64,000 nucleotides of DNA from Schizochytrium sp. TIO01 (taxonomy: Eukaryota; Protista; Bigyra: Labyrinthulomycetes). The stretch lies in the NCBI GenBank assembly GCA_004764695.1, contig SMSO01000031.1:9034761-9098760 (forward strand). Direction: 5' to 3'. The notes below the pieces were generated by a model, which had not been told where the DNA came from, ran no database searches, and saw only the letters and a program-made list of their open reading frames with translations. Positions 46,327-58,826 of this stretch are shown here, one piece after another. The position numbers and the translations under genes are program-made. Every line of letters begins with the position of its first letter. Position 1 is the first letter of the stretch.

Positions 46327-48285
46327 GTTGCTGGTAGACTCTGGGAAAGCTCTAACTACACTAAATGCTGCCACCACCACCGCTATGCCCGCCACGCGGC
46401 GCGGAGAAGCGTGAGTTCTCCACAGCTTCTTCTGAAGCCAAGGGATCCGTAACGAACCGCCTCGAATCTTCAATCTAAGACTAAAACAAACCTTGCACCA
46501 AACACAACTTTGGCAACTAAGGAAACGCTGCTCCAAACCTACGCACCCAGAACACCGTGTACTCCCACGACTTGCAGCTCGACAAAGCTTTACTCGAAGA
46601 CGAGCTTTCTCTAATTAGTACTTAGGCAGAGATACTGCGTCATCAGAAGTTGTCTTCTTCGCAGAGTCATAACAGTATGCATAGAGTCACTTTTTCAGCT
46701 AATTGTCACTGCGTTTGGACCTACAATCGTAGTTCTCAGAATTATTAAGGAACTCTGGGTTCCTGACAGCGTGGAGTTCGTCATTTAGATGCTTTGAAGG
46801 TGGGGCAGGAGTTTTTTGTTATGGTTAGCGAGGGGTGTAGAAGAAGCTATGTCGAGTTCGTGCAGAAATTTCCAGGCTTAGTTTTGGGCAATACTTCTGC
46901 AAGCTAGCTCTTTTGCTGATTTCGATAATGGTTGCTACAGTTGCTAAGATGAACCTTGAATTTTTGGAGGGTCATTTATAGCTACAATAGATGTTGCTGA
47001 GCAAGCTTGACCTTGCCTGAGAGCTCCGGAGTAAACGCTTACTTACTAGCAAGTCGCACAGCCATTTGCGAAAAGTTCTTGCGACGCATCGCTCAACGAG
47101 ATCCGTGCACCTATTGTAGTAGTAGGTACCTAGTATTCTGAGGAAATGGCTTTGGGAATTGGTTTCTATACGTGCGATTGCGTTTGCCAATCTGCTTATA
47201 CACACCAAAGAGAGCAAACTATGTTAGGAACTATGATGGTAGGATGGAAGCTAAAGTAGGCCATGTTTGTGTAGTACGAGCGCCGCCTAGCAGCAGGTGT
47301 GCATGCTGGAAATTGCGCTTCCACAACTTGGGCTTCCTGCAGCGGCGAGAGTTCAACTTACTTGGAGGTATCCCCCCCAAAAAGCGTACAAACTTGCGCA
47401 GAAGATATCAACGAGCCAGCAGAGTAAGTCAATGAGGCTTGTGCAACCATGCTGGAATGCTGACGCATTTCACTCAGTGCGTGACTTTTACCTTTCAGAA
47501 ACTGTGGATGATAGATTGTTGCTTAGAGAAAATATTTAACTATATCATGTGTGTGCACCTACCTTCCAAAGTATGTTCTTTTCTTTTAAACAACAAAGAA
47601 GACTGCTGTCAAGATATGCTAGTTGCCTGGTCATCCAGGTTGTCGTCATGCTCAAGAATCGATCCAGCCTTGTAGTATGTTGTTGGGCCAGAACAAACAT
47701 GGTCGTCAGCATTTAATTGTGCAAAGCGGTAACAATAAGCTTCTGCGGCACCAATGTGTAATAAACCCGAATGCGATATGATGTGATGACCGAAAGCCAC
47801 AAGTAACTTCGATTTGCCCAAACTAGGTACTACTAGTATGCAACCTTCGGCGATTCAGCGTTGGGATTCTTTGTAATGAGAAGCTTTGGGGCACTTCAGT
47901 ATTATGAAAGAACCGCCAAGATCGATCGATACACTAGGGAACTTCGTCACAAACCATTCGATTGCATGACAATTCACGAACTTCATTTGAGCTTGGAACA
48001 AATCGACGCCTTCCCTCAAGTTGATCTGAGCTGCGTGTACACAACTTACTCTACAGAACTTGAGACGAACACTCATAAGTCCGAGAGGAAGAATTTGTCG
48101 AAATCAATGACTACGATCTGAGAATTTCTATACTTTATCGCTGTACAGGAGGCTATGGCCATGACTTTCCAGTTCAAGGCGGCTACCAAGTCTTTGTAAA
48201 TGAGTGATTGTATTGGCTTGAGCTTTTAGCCAAGCTAACAGATTTTAACTCATTAACTCTAACTAGCAAAATGTCTGTGGTTTAA

Positions 48286-48710
48286 CCCCGAATTGAGCCT
48301 CAGTTCAGCTTGTGTGTTCGCGGACTTCTGATGGTAAGGTTTGGTGATGGACGCGTATATATGAGCCATAACCCCCTCATGTTTGCCCTTTGCCTGTACG
48401 TATCACGAATCAGCTATGAAGGTTCTTCCCTCAGCACAAATATTTTAGAGTGGTTTGAAATTGTTGCAACTGCCATTCGCTCCACTAATGTTGATGCAAG
48501 ATTCCCGTGCAACGAAACAGTCATCAACGCAGGAGCATTGGAATCCAGCCCCATAGGAGGTCTTCTTGGTACGCATCGAGCTGGAAATTCTCAGCTGTTT
48601 ACTCCTACTTCAAGTTATAATCCGAACCTCGTGATAACAACGGTTCTACCACCGCAGCATCGACTGCTGTCTTGCTTTATCAATGCTATAGCTAATAAGA
48701 CGCAACAAGG
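48286..48710 (-). mobile_element. Possible degenerate piggyBac-like (DDE_Tnp_1_7) transposase fragment
   Basis: Manual minus-strand translation with stops: SID...SMLRW*NRC...SMRTKKTSYGAGFQCSCVDD...FKPL*NICAEGRTFIADS*Y. The segment is bounded by TTAA|CC and GG|TTAA. Confidence 0.3.
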
Positions 48711-49244
48711 TTAAATGCCTCACTGCATAAAGTATGGCTCTCATGATTTATTGTAGTACATACCTTTATTCAACCATTGGTTTCCAAATCACAGGCTTGC
48801 TAAATTCAGTCATGTAAAGTGCACTTGCCTGCGATGGGCATTAACTATCGTAGAAAAATGTTATCAACAGAACTAGGCCTATCACTTGACTAGTGCTGTG
48901 TTTGAAAACACAAACACCTCGTAGCCTGCTCCCCCTTCGAGAAAAGAAACAAACACAACACTTAGAATGCTGATGCAGCTTTGTTGCAGTAATCTGTTTC
49001 TCTTCTTACACAGAAAACCACCTTTGAGGCGGCAAGCACTACATATATTTGCTTTTCGAATTCATAATGAGGAAAGTAAGGAAGGAACATTGACGTCCCT
49101 AATGCGAGTATGCGCGATTATCAAGCCAAGCTATATAAGGCACAGCGAACTCGGCTCGCAAAGTGTACAAAATGTGCAGTGGAAGGCAGCCAGTAAGTTT
49201 TCACTCAAATGCCTTGCACAAGATTCGCGCGTGCATATACATAA

Positions 49245-49259
49245 GGGGGGGGGGGGGGG
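49245..49259. repeat. G15 homopolymer
   Basis: Seen directly. Confidence 0.9.
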
Positions 49260-51725
49260 CATTTATGACTTCAATCTTTAAAAAGTAAAAATAAGAAGTA
49301 GGTTTTCATCAACTCAAACGATCAAACACATGGCGAAGCTGAAAATAGTGTGCAAGAGAATGATCAATGGGCTGGACGTTCTACTCCGGAATGAAATTTG
49401 GGCGCATTGAAAGAAGAAAGCAAGGTACTGTAGCGACCATTGTGATCTGAACGTTGTATGCATTTTCATTAAATTCAGGTTTTATTATTTTATTATTTTA
49501 TTTTTCAAAATCATATTTACAAATTTCAATTAATTTATTTCTATTTTCAATTATAATTTTTTAATTTAAATTTATCTTTTTAAAAGGGGAAAAAAGTCCT
49601 TGTATTACCTCAATTTTCACTTTCGATGACTACTTCCCCTTTGAAACCAGCTACATGACTTGCTCACTGGGTGAACACTCGAACATCCATCCAATAAAAT
49701 ACGTCAGAGTCTTCGCGGTTCTCCACCATCATTTTATTAGTGCTCTGATGCAAACTTCAAAATACCGTGAACTTCAAGCAGTTCAGCCAGGGCGAATTTT
49801 ATAAATGTAATAACCTCAGAGAAACCTTCCCAAAACTCACGAGTCCCAAAGCCATGAAGAGCTCAGCTCAAGGTAGGTATAATACTTACCTAGGGGCCTT
49901 GATCACATTGGTACGTCGTAAGTACTTTACAACTCGGAAATCACAGTAAATATAGCGTGGCACGTGAATTGTTCGGCAGGTGCTGTGATGATACGAGAAT
50001 GAGCGTACACGTGCCGCATGTGGGCACCATGGAAGAGCTAGGGTACTAGTTATGAGGTTTGAAGGGGTATAGGGCTCTCGCAACGCAGTAGATGCAACAT
50101 GCGAGCGTCCGTCCCCGGCCCTGGCACCTCTTGCTCCCATCCGTCTTCTGCAGAGCGAGAAGAACGTCTTCACTCAGCTTGAAAGTTTCGTTCATTGTTC
50201 CTGCTAGTAGTGCTATGCAGTGTTAGGTGGGCACCTAGTAGAGTACTATACTTGGTGTTTCTGATGTTTTGAGAATGAGCGCGAGTGATGATGAACGAAC
50301 CCTGAAAAACGGGTCTTCGGGAGAGCTACCTTTTGCTCCACTGCAGTACTATTATCGTATGGGCTGAATACGATTCCATGCAACGTAAGAATATGAGTGG
50401 ATTTGCTACGTGAACTTTGAAACTTTGAAGAAGTGAAGAAACTGAAAGTTATGATGTGCGCTACACGAAGTACTAAGTACTGCTATGTACTACCCAGGAA
50501 GAAGAGGAAGTAATAGAGGCAAGTGCCGAGAGGGAGGCATCATCCTCCCAAAGAGGGCCTTGGTTAACTGAGAATAGCTCCCCTTTAAATCATATAACGC
50601 GTAGCTCTTTCGCCTGTTTGGGTTTGTTTGCTTGATTTAGCCGAATCCCCTCGAATGGCAAATCGCGGGGCTTTACACTCATACCTCTTCACGACTCTTT
50701 GTCTTTTCAGCAGAGAAGGTGTGAACATGTAGGTAGAATAGAATAAATAGTCTGTATTCATATTAGTTAAGCCAACTAGGAGTGCATTTTAAATATGTAT
50801 TTTTTAACTAAATATATTAAAAGGAAAACATCATGTGTTTTTTTTTTGTATTTAAAGTTTAATTTAAAAAAATAAAAAAAAGTTGTTTTTATTAATGCAG
50901 TGGTGAAAACATCGTAGCTCACAAAGACAAGAAAAAGGCACTCGCAGCAGAGCACGACACAGCAGAGCACGATAGGCATGTCCAGCATTGCAGAAACTAA
51001 CTTCGAAGCAACTGAGACGCCATTTGTGCGGGCATTCGCAACAGCAGCATATACATTTGCTCTTCAGGAGGGTGTCGTATTTCGAGTTTGGGCTTGCTGT
51101 GCACGCTACTTGAGACATCGAATCGAATTGAATCGATACTGATCAGGTGACTGGAATAAATAGTACCTAGCAGTACGCAGCTCTGAACAGTATCAGACAC
51201 GCGCGACAACACAAAAATACGTTCTTGCGTTTTACGACACTCAACGTAGTGACACCGAGATAGTAGCAACGAAAACTCGAAAAACCCATTTGGCATCTAT
51301 TGTAGGCGTCAAGGCAAAAGTCTTGAGTTGCTTTCCGGCTGGTGGTAAACCGGAAGCCCTTTTCATCACTCGCACACGGAATTCTCTCGTGAATTTCAGC
51401 CTCAGCAATCAAATCCGCAATTAATTAAGAGGGTCCTTTCAGCCGGGTGACTCTTTCTTACGACGTGTGTACGAACTTCCTGAACTCATATCAAAGGTTT
51501 GCAGGTAAGGAGGTATTGCGAGCCCAGCCCAGCAGAAACGCAACCATTCATATCTCCCCAACGAGGCATTTCGTCGTTTGCCTGCTGTATCGATCTCCAG
51601 AGACGTCAGGAAGGTTTCTGTGACTAATCGACCTTCTATTCAACTCAGCATTACCCTTGGCGAGGTGTACGTGTAAACACGTCTACTTGAACTAGATACG
51701 AAGTAGTACAAACCAGCGAAAGCAA

Positions 51726-52991
51726 ATGCCGTGTCCTTGTCTAGGTGCCGATGACGGCACAGATAAAAATGCGGAGCTTGCATTGAGCACACAACAAACT
51801 CGACCACAAGAGGAGCAATTGGCGCCAGCTGTGACAGATGATTCTGATCTTCGGCGAGCGCCTTCGAGTAATAAAAAATCCAGGGGTAGCAGAGGTAGCG
51901 ATAGCAGCAACAAAGAACCATTTAATCCTATGGACTACGAGGATGGCGGTGTTGATGGCCTCTCAAAACTTAGCAACAAGTCTGACTCTCATAGGAGCCT
52001 TGAAAAACCCATCGAGAAGAGCATTTCTGAGAACAAGTCGCAAATTAGTGGCCGACTTAGTACCATAAGCATGATGGGGGAGGATCTCCTTAATCTTTCC
52101 TATGACGCTCTATCTGAACTAGCTACAGAGCTATGGCGCCAAGCCACACAATATTTGATGCCAGATGAAGCCGCAGAGGCTAACGAGATTCATGCTGAAG
52201 AGATTAAGCACATGGATAAAGAACAACTTCGGGAACACGTTGTCGCAAACAGAGATATTTCAAACGCCGTCCAGGAAATTGTAGACTCGGGAGAAGCGAC
52301 TGGCGATGAAGTTGCAAGTGCTCAGCGTTCGTCTTTAAACCTAGGTGGATCAGAGCTTTTCAATGGTGACCAGTTTGCAATGATTCTGCGTCGATCAATT
52401 AATCCTGACAATACAATTAATGCAGAGCTCTTCCTCAAAGCATCTCGTCAGCTTCCCGGTCTTGTTGGTGGCCTAGGTAGAACCTTCGAATTTGCCACAG
52501 CTGATATTGAGAAGAAAATGGAAATTGCAGAAGAGCGTCTAACTGAAACGGCTGACGATCTTGGAATGAGCAAATCCCAGGTTACTTTGGAAGACATGGT
52601 AGAACGTGACATTCGCCTTGGTGTTACACATGATGGTAAAAAGGCCGCTCCCGCATCTCGCACCCTTTTGCGTCTTCTATGGTTCTTTGATTTTACTGCC
52701 GCATTACTACAAGGAACAGCAGATGCTCAGGATGAGGACTTGAGTACAATCTGCTCCAATGCATATGAGGAGGCCTTGGCACCACGTCACCCTTGGATTC
52801 TTCGTAAAGCTGCTCGTTCGGGAATGCGTCTTCTCCCGAACAAACGTGTCTTCCGGGTGCGTCTCGGAACTGCAGACCTCCCTCGCGATGTTGAAAAGGC
52901 TAGAATTACAGGTTGGGCAGATGAGGTCCGTGCAGTAAAGGCAATTATGTGGGACTACATGGAAGACAAGGGTTTGGAGGAACTGCCTTAG
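51726..52991 (+). CDS. GLTP-fold lipid transfer protein of the CPTP/ACD11 (ceramide-1-phosphate) type, with a long N-terminal extension
   Basis: FLKASRQLPGLVGGLGRTFEFATADIEKK, TLEDMVERD, ASRTLLRL and AYEEALAPRHPWILRKAA...LP. Confidence 0.88.
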   Translation: MPCPCLGADDGTDKNAELALSTQQTRPQEEQLAPAVTDDSDLRRAPSSNKKSRGSRGSDSSNKEPFNPMDYEDGGVDGLSKLSNKSDSHRSLEKPIEKSISENKSQISGRLSTISMMGEDLLNLSYDALSELATELWRQATQYLMPDEAAEANEIHAEEIKHMDKEQLREHVVANRDISNAVQEIVDSGEATGDEVASAQRSSLNLGGSELFNGDQFAMILRRSINPDNTINAELFLKASRQLPGLVGGLGRTFEFATADIEKKMEIAEERLTETADDLGMSKSQVTLEDMVERDIRLGVTHDGKKAAPASRTLLRLLWFFDFTAALLQGTADAQDEDLSTICSNAYEEALAPRHPWILRKAARSGMRLLPNKRVFRVRLGTADLPRDVEKARITGWADEVRAVKAIMWDYMEDKGLEELP

Positions 52992-53560
52992 ATTCAAGTT
53001 CGTAAGTGTTTGTCACTCTTTCTCCTTCCTTGTGCCTATGTGTGATTCCGTGGTTTGTGGTTGCTTTGATTCACTTTACTGGAAGAGATTTCGCTTTGAC
53101 CCATAATAATCCTTGGCATATAGAGGCATATAGAGACATAACAGATCGTATGGATAACGTCGAGCTATACATGCATCCGTTCTCTGTATATACCCCTGCC
53201 ATGATGTTTTTCAAGATCAGTAGTACTCTTGAAAATCCTACGTTATCTACTCTTAATTCTGAAATTTTATAAAACAAGAACAAATTGTATGAAAACAATT
53301 TCTCTCTTATTCAGCCCCGAAATAAGTTGGTCAAAGTCTCTGGTAGTCCTATCTCTTTGTAGGTGACCTTCTTCTGCTTAGAATAGCAAATACAAACTAG
53401 TTTCTCAAATAATGACTCATTTCGCAGGAACGATACTTGTGTTAGCAAAGCATCCGGCATTGATGGAGTTGGAGTGAATGCAACATCCTTCCGAAGTTGT
53501 AGAAAGAAAAAGAAAAGAAAATCATGAATTTTTATCAGAACATTATATTCAAAAGGCTGC

Positions 53561-54790
53561 TCAAGCAGTGATATCCGGACCAGTAATGGCCTTGACAGCA
53601 GCATCAATCGTTTCGGGCTTCTTACAGATGGCAAAACGCACAAGGTAATCAGGCGCGTCAACATTGTTATGGAAGACAGACATCGGCACGCAGACTACGC
53701 CCTTCGCGGTAGCCATCCAACGAGCAAACTCTACATCATTTTTGCCCGTCTTGCGTGTATCACACACGAGGAAGTAACCTCCGTCCGGATAGATAACTTC
53801 TGCACCAGCTGCCTCAAGAGCTGCACCAAGCCTACGAGCATTTTCCTGAAATTGGCTACCAAGTTGAGCGACCTCCTTGGACACAATAGAGTCAGGGCCC
53901 TTGTCGAGGTCGCGAATCGCAACTGCAGAGCCCTCTTGAAAAGGGGTGGGCGCGCAGTAAGAGTTGTAGGCATGTAGAGATGAGACAGCCGAGACGATGT
54001 CCGGAGGACCAAAGACCCAACCCACACGCCAGCCCGTGAGAGAAAAGAGCTTGGATGAAGAGCCCAAGGTCAAAGTGCGGTTGGCCATACCTTTTTCGTG
54101 GGCAAGGCGAATATGTTTCATAGGGTTGAAGACAAAGGCTTCATAGACCTCGTCAGAAATGCACAATAAGTCTTTGCGCACTACAAGCTCTGCAAGCTTC
54201 GAAATTTCCTCCGCTGTAGCCACATGACCCGTGGGGTTGTGAGGAGAGTTGAACATGATCAATTTAGTCTTGTCTGTGATGGCATTTTCTAGCTCCTCGA
54301 AATCAATGCCAAAACCCGGTGGACGCAAGGTTAGAGTGATGGGTTTGCCACCCGCCATTTTCACCGCCGGAAGGTACCACGGAAAGTAAGGTTCAAAGAT
54401 GATCACCTCATCGCCAGGGTCAACAATAGCCTGCATGGCAGCATAAATGGCTTCCGTAGCGGAGGTTACCACCACTACGTTGAGATCAACATCAACTTTG
54501 GCTTCTGCGGGAATACCGGCATCCTTGTTCCAGTGATCCGCGAGTGCCTCTCGCAAGTTGCGCGTGCCAGGCACCGGGCTGTACTGATTGAGTCTCGGGT
54601 TTTCCTGTACAACTCTGCACGCTTCGTCGCGAGCGATTTTAGTGCCTTCGAAGTCAGGAAATCCTTGCCCTAGGTCGCAGACGATGTTGGGCCCCTGTGC
54701 AAGCTTAATAATCTCTGACCAGACCTTTTGTCCTCCGCTATTGCCTTCGCTCAGCACCCTCTGACTCACACGACGGAGCTTCGACATCAT
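53561..54790 (-). CDS. PLP-dependent aminotransferase class I/II (kynurenine aminotransferase / glutamine transaminase K / YbdL-like)
   Basis: DLGQGFPDF, NQY, NSPHNPTG, ISDEVYE, PLP lysine in SSSKLFSLTGWRVGW, GGYF and VRFAICK. Confidence 0.95.
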   Translation of the reverse strand: MMSKLRRVSQRVLSEGNSGGQKVWSEIIKLAQGPNIVCDLGQGFPDFEGTKIARDEACRVVQENPRLNQYSPVPGTRNLREALADHWNKDAGIPAEAKVDVDLNVVVVTSATEAIYAAMQAIVDPGDEVIIFEPYFPWYLPAVKMAGGKPITLTLRPPGFGIDFEELENAITDKTKLIMFNSPHNPTGHVATAEEISKLAELVVRKDLLCISDEVYEAFVFNPMKHIRLAHEKGMANRTLTLGSSSKLFSLTGWRVGWVFGPPDIVSAVSSLHAYNSYCAPTPFQEGSAVAIRDLDKGPDSIVSKEVAQLGSQFQENARRLGAALEAAGAEVIYPDGGYFLVCDTRKTGKNDVEFARWMATAKGVVCVPMSVFHNNVDAPDYLVRFAICKKPETIDAAVKAITGPDITA

Positions 54791-56703
54791 CCGCAGCTCA
54801 ATGCTTTTTTAAGTATACTTCAATCTAATCTGTACACTCCCTAAATCAACTCTCGAATCGAGACAAGACGCGAAGTGGGTTTGCTGCATCCTCCAAGTCG
54901 AGTTCGCAGCACATTCGCTCGCTCTGTGAATTACTATCTTCTTCTTTTTCCCAATTTCTTTTCTTTTCTCTTCTTTTCCCTTACTAAACCACAACTACTA
55001 GTTTAGGTACTATATATTTGTGTCGAAAAATGAAACTTTTGATTTTTTTTCTTTCAGACTCAGTCTCATACCTGATACGCTTTTCCTTCTCAGGAGGTCT
55101 TTTCTACACTAACGTATAAACCTCTATGCCAAGCTCACATATACATGAGAGCATATCAGGATGGCAATCGAGAGGACCTGCGGTTTGCTGCAATGTTTTC
55201 ACTCAGGAAGTGGCCAAAATCGGTCAGATTAAATAACTTAAGCAGAAGAGGTCTTATTACTTGAAAGTATTATTTTTCTCCTTATCATTGATAGAATTCG
55301 ACTAAAGTTATTTCTAACTAAAGTATAAAACAAAGAAAGCCTGCGAAAAAACGTGAAAATTTGGGGCTCCATACACCGTGTCTTCGCGAGTTGAGGTTTG
55401 AAAGGAAAGGAGCCTCCTGTTCCCAAGGAGAGAAAACAGCAAAGGTTGGTCTGTTGTTTGCTCTTGCTCGTGTATGTTGTTCTTAGAGAAGTACACCTTT
55501 GAGCATATGGTCTGACCCTGTCTGATGCGAGTGAGTCTTGAGAGACGGAATGGAGTTTTGTGAGTCACTTTATTATTATTATCAGTTTTCAGAAGATCGT
55601 GTCCGAAGGAATTCAGGAGAACACGAACCAGTGCGTTGCTCGCAGATATTAGAGGCGCTACAGAATGTGCGTAGAAACATGCGAGGTTTTTTAGACTTGC
55701 ACAGGCGGCTGCAGCTTACCAAAGTTCTAAGGGAGGTAAGTTTTTAATTATTGGAGCCTGTATTTTAATATATCATTAGAAGTGGAACATTATTGGGGTG
55801 GTAAAAAACACCTCTGCAACAATACCAAACTCAGATACTTAACAGCGAGTTGTCTGAAAGTTTTAAGAAATCAGTTCACTTGAAGTGAAATAGAGCTTCG
55901 ATTGTCAGAGGCTAAACGGAGTTAGGGGTATGCCGGAGAAAGAGGACATTTTGCTTGTACTCAGGGTGGAAGAAATAAATGATATCACAACAGAAAATGT
56001 TTTTAGTGAGCCTAGCAATCTTGTGTCTTCTCAGACATTGCAGTGAGCTACAGACTTGGGAATAGTGTGGCTCTGACATAGATTACGATCAGTAGATCAC
56101 ATTAGCATTATTTTCCTGTTAGTGTATGCAATCAGCGAGTAAGCAAATTAATGCCTTGAAAAATAAACTTCAAGAAAAGTAACAACAGTGCAAGCAGGGT
56201 TGACCAAGGCATGAAGAGAATAATCAGAAACTTTAGTGAAAAACACATTGTCTATTTTTATCGAGATTATAAATGAAGCACTGGTAACTTCAATGGTGGT
56301 GTAATCTAACAGCAATAGGAACCGGACAACGAAAGAAATATCATCAATCATTTCTCAATAATAGTCAAAAATTGTGTCGCCTTCAAGCCAAATGACTGTA
56401 CCACCGGTAAAATGGACTGAAAGGAAGAGTGGGGAGCAGTGACGGAGGTTCATTTATTATGCAAAAGATCATTATTGTAGCACATACAGTTATCACAAAT
56501 AAACTCCAAAATCATATCGCGCAGCACATATTCTAAGTAACACGCGACGGAAAACCGGGACCATGGGCAGCTCAAACGTGAGCAAAATCTGCCCTATACA
56601 TGCAGTCATCAGTCAACAGAAAAGGAGCTGCAGAATTTGCCTAATGGATAGTTCCTTGAGGGAATATTGATATAGGGAACAGACAACCTCCAATAACTGC
56701 AAC

Positions 56704-57435
56704 TCAGGTAGCAATAGAGGAGGGCACAGGTGTTGTATGCGCCGTTTGTGTAGACTCTTGTTCACTAGGATCGGTAGAAACATCGTCTGTCACTGATGTA
56801 GCTAGCTCACGATGAGCAATGAGAGAGAGAATTACATTCCAAAACAGAGACGCGACAATTGTAGGCAGGACACGGAACTTTGGGGAAACGTACATGAAAT
56901 TCAGCATGTTAATAGGGGCCCACACCATGGCACTTTTGCAAAAGATCTCAAAAGCGTCGTCAGTAATTTTACGCTTGATGGCCTCCGTAAGAGTCTCGTC
57001 GCCAAGCTGGTCACGAACGCCAAGCGCACGCTCCGCGGTCATCGTGAATGCTAGGAACATTGCATTGAATGGATAAGCCATCACCATGGTGTTTGTAACA
57101 ACTTTGCTGGCAGCCATGCGGAAAGAAGATCCCGGAAACCATCTATCGAGCTTGCCAAACCAGATCTGAACACTAGGAGCAAATGCAAGACCATTCCAAG
57201 AGGACACAATGATGTTGCGTTTCCAATCAAACCAGCCAAAAAGTTCTTGGCCACTTTCGTGTTCCTTGGTGTGAGCAGGCGGCATGGGATGCCTCTTCTC
57301 CGTAGTGATGTACTGCGCCACAGCATCACCAGCGGTCATAACGCTCCACGAGGTCACCATGCCCGTAACCATGGGCCTCTTGGCCATGCTCGCCGAGTAT
57401 GCGCTCCAGGCGCTCTTCACAAGTCTGCTAGCCAT
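56704..57435 (-). CDS. Mpv17/PMP22 family membrane protein
   Basis: Y...RPMVT...GDAVAQ, FDWKR, WFGKLDRWFP, KVVTN and WAPINMLNFMYVSPKFRVL...SLFWNVILS. First ATG at 57435. Confidence 0.92.
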   Translation of the reverse strand: MASRLVKSAWSAYSASMAKRPMVTGMVTSWSVMTAGDAVAQYITTEKRHPMPPAHTKEHESGQELFGWFDWKRNIIVSSWNGLAFAPSVQIWFGKLDRWFPGSSFRMAASKVVTNTMVMAYPFNAMFLAFTMTAERALGVRDQLGDETLTEAIKRKITDDAFEIFCKSAMVWAPINMLNFMYVSPKFRVLPTIVASLFWNVILSLIAHRELATSVTDDVSTDPSEQESTQTAHTTPVPSSIAT

Positions 57436-58278
57436 CTTCACAGTCACCCAAACCTGCACTGCAAACCAGCCACCAACACACCGGTACCGCTACCTCGGAT
57501 TTGGTCGAGTCGCCAGGCAATTCGTTTGGGGTTTGCTTTCCAGAGTTCGCGAGAACGAACGGCGGTCTTTGCGACGATCCTCTCGTAATTGCCACAGATA
57601 AAAAGAAAGAATCACTGCAGTGCACGCACTGCGAAAAGTGCGTTAGGATCTACCTCTAAGGGCCACTAGGAGTGTGTAGGAACTCGAAAGTCGCCACTTC
57701 GCTTCCATCTGAATCACGAAGCATCAACAGTTGAACAAAAAAACAAATGTATGAACGAATCAAAGAGTGAATTTCTATGATTCTATCAACCAACCTTTCA
57801 CGAACAAAATAAAAATGAAAAAAACGATCGTCAAGACAAGACTGCGGAATTTACAAGTGGTCCATTTTCTGCAACTTGAGTCCAAGGAGTTTGTTGACCA
57901 ATCCGGGGGAAATTCTCATTGGTTGGAAGCGGAGCTCTGTCGATGGCGTGGAATCTGCTCGGAACTCTGTCTCGTAATCTGTCCAGGCGTTGTTCTCATA
58001 GGTAGCGGTGGGTTTCTTTCTGCAGTAGGTCCGTATTACATGCGGATGACTGTTCGTAGGACCGAGGCCAAATTAACTAACTTAACTAAGCTAAGTGTGC
58101 ATCAGACCGAGAAAGAGTCGCCTGGAAACTGCAGCGCATCACAAATAAAGGAGCCCGTGCTTTCTGGGGAGTAGATCACACCTGAATAAGCGTCGCGCTC
58201 ACATCAGAGTTGACTTGATAGTCACTGAGAAGCACAAGAGGCACAAAGCAGTCGTGAACGTGCGGCGCTTATTCAGGT

Positions 58279-58680
58279 ATGGTCTGCCTGCCTAGAAAGC
58301 ACGGGCTCCTGAGATTGCTTGTTAATATTGCTGCAGTGGACTTCATTGTTCTCTTTGATGTGATCTCCATTTCGCTGTCATTTTGCAAACTCTTCTGTGC
58401 GGTTATTGCTCCTGAGAACCAGGACTTGCTGCGAGCCCAAGCTGATGCTCTAAGCCCCCTCACAAGTGAGCCACTGTATTCTCACCTCGGACTCGCAAGC
58501 CTTGTTCTTGATTACGGCGTAGACCCATACGCTGCAGAGCCTTTACCTACGGAAAGCCTTGGTGCCCGAGAGGACTTCACGATCTACATTCGCGATGGTC
58601 AGGACCACATCAAGGAAGTCCACCGTGGCATTTACGCGGACATGGCCGGAGGAATCAGAAAATCGCCACCACTTAGGTAG
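58279..58680 (+). pseudogene. Gene fragment of unknown family
   Basis: 133-aa ORF. Its 3' half (EDFTIYIRDGQDHIKEVHRGIYADM) has C/G-ending codon usage like the window's real genes. Confidence 0.25.
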
Positions 58681-58785
58681 TCTGAGAATAGAAGAATCAA
58701 TCAATTTACTTTTTAATTTCCTTTGTTTGTTTGATTGTTTTTTGTAAAGGCTAGCAAGATAGGTTGAGGTAGGACTCCATTTTCT

Positions 58786-58812
58786 TTTCCTTTCCTTTCC
58801 TTTCCTTTCCTT
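58786..58812. repeat. (TTTCC)n tract
   Basis: Seen directly. Confidence 0.85.
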
Positions 58813-58826
58813 TTCTTTCTTTGTGC

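Noticed and set aside
46327-46536. N-terminal 70 codons of the lipase ORF from a TTG start
   Set aside because: Eukaryotic context favours the first ATG at 46326, although a non-AUG extension with a hydrophobic stretch is not strictly excluded.
49882-50040. U1 snRNA-like start ATACTTACCT followed by AGGGG and TGATCAC
   Set aside because: Stem I cannot form properly, and there is no ATTGCAC loop II or clear Sm site. The 10-mer is one arm of a local inverted repeat (AGGTAGGTAT-A-ATACTTACCT) built from the common intergenic motif. An Infernal RF00003 search would settle it.
44239-57435. Lipase, GLTP, aminotransferase and Mpv17 as a lipid-metabolic gene cluster
   Set aside because: They are in mixed orientations with multi-kb spacers and share no clear pathway. 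This is ordinary eukaryotic gene order unless co-expression or conserved synteny is shown.
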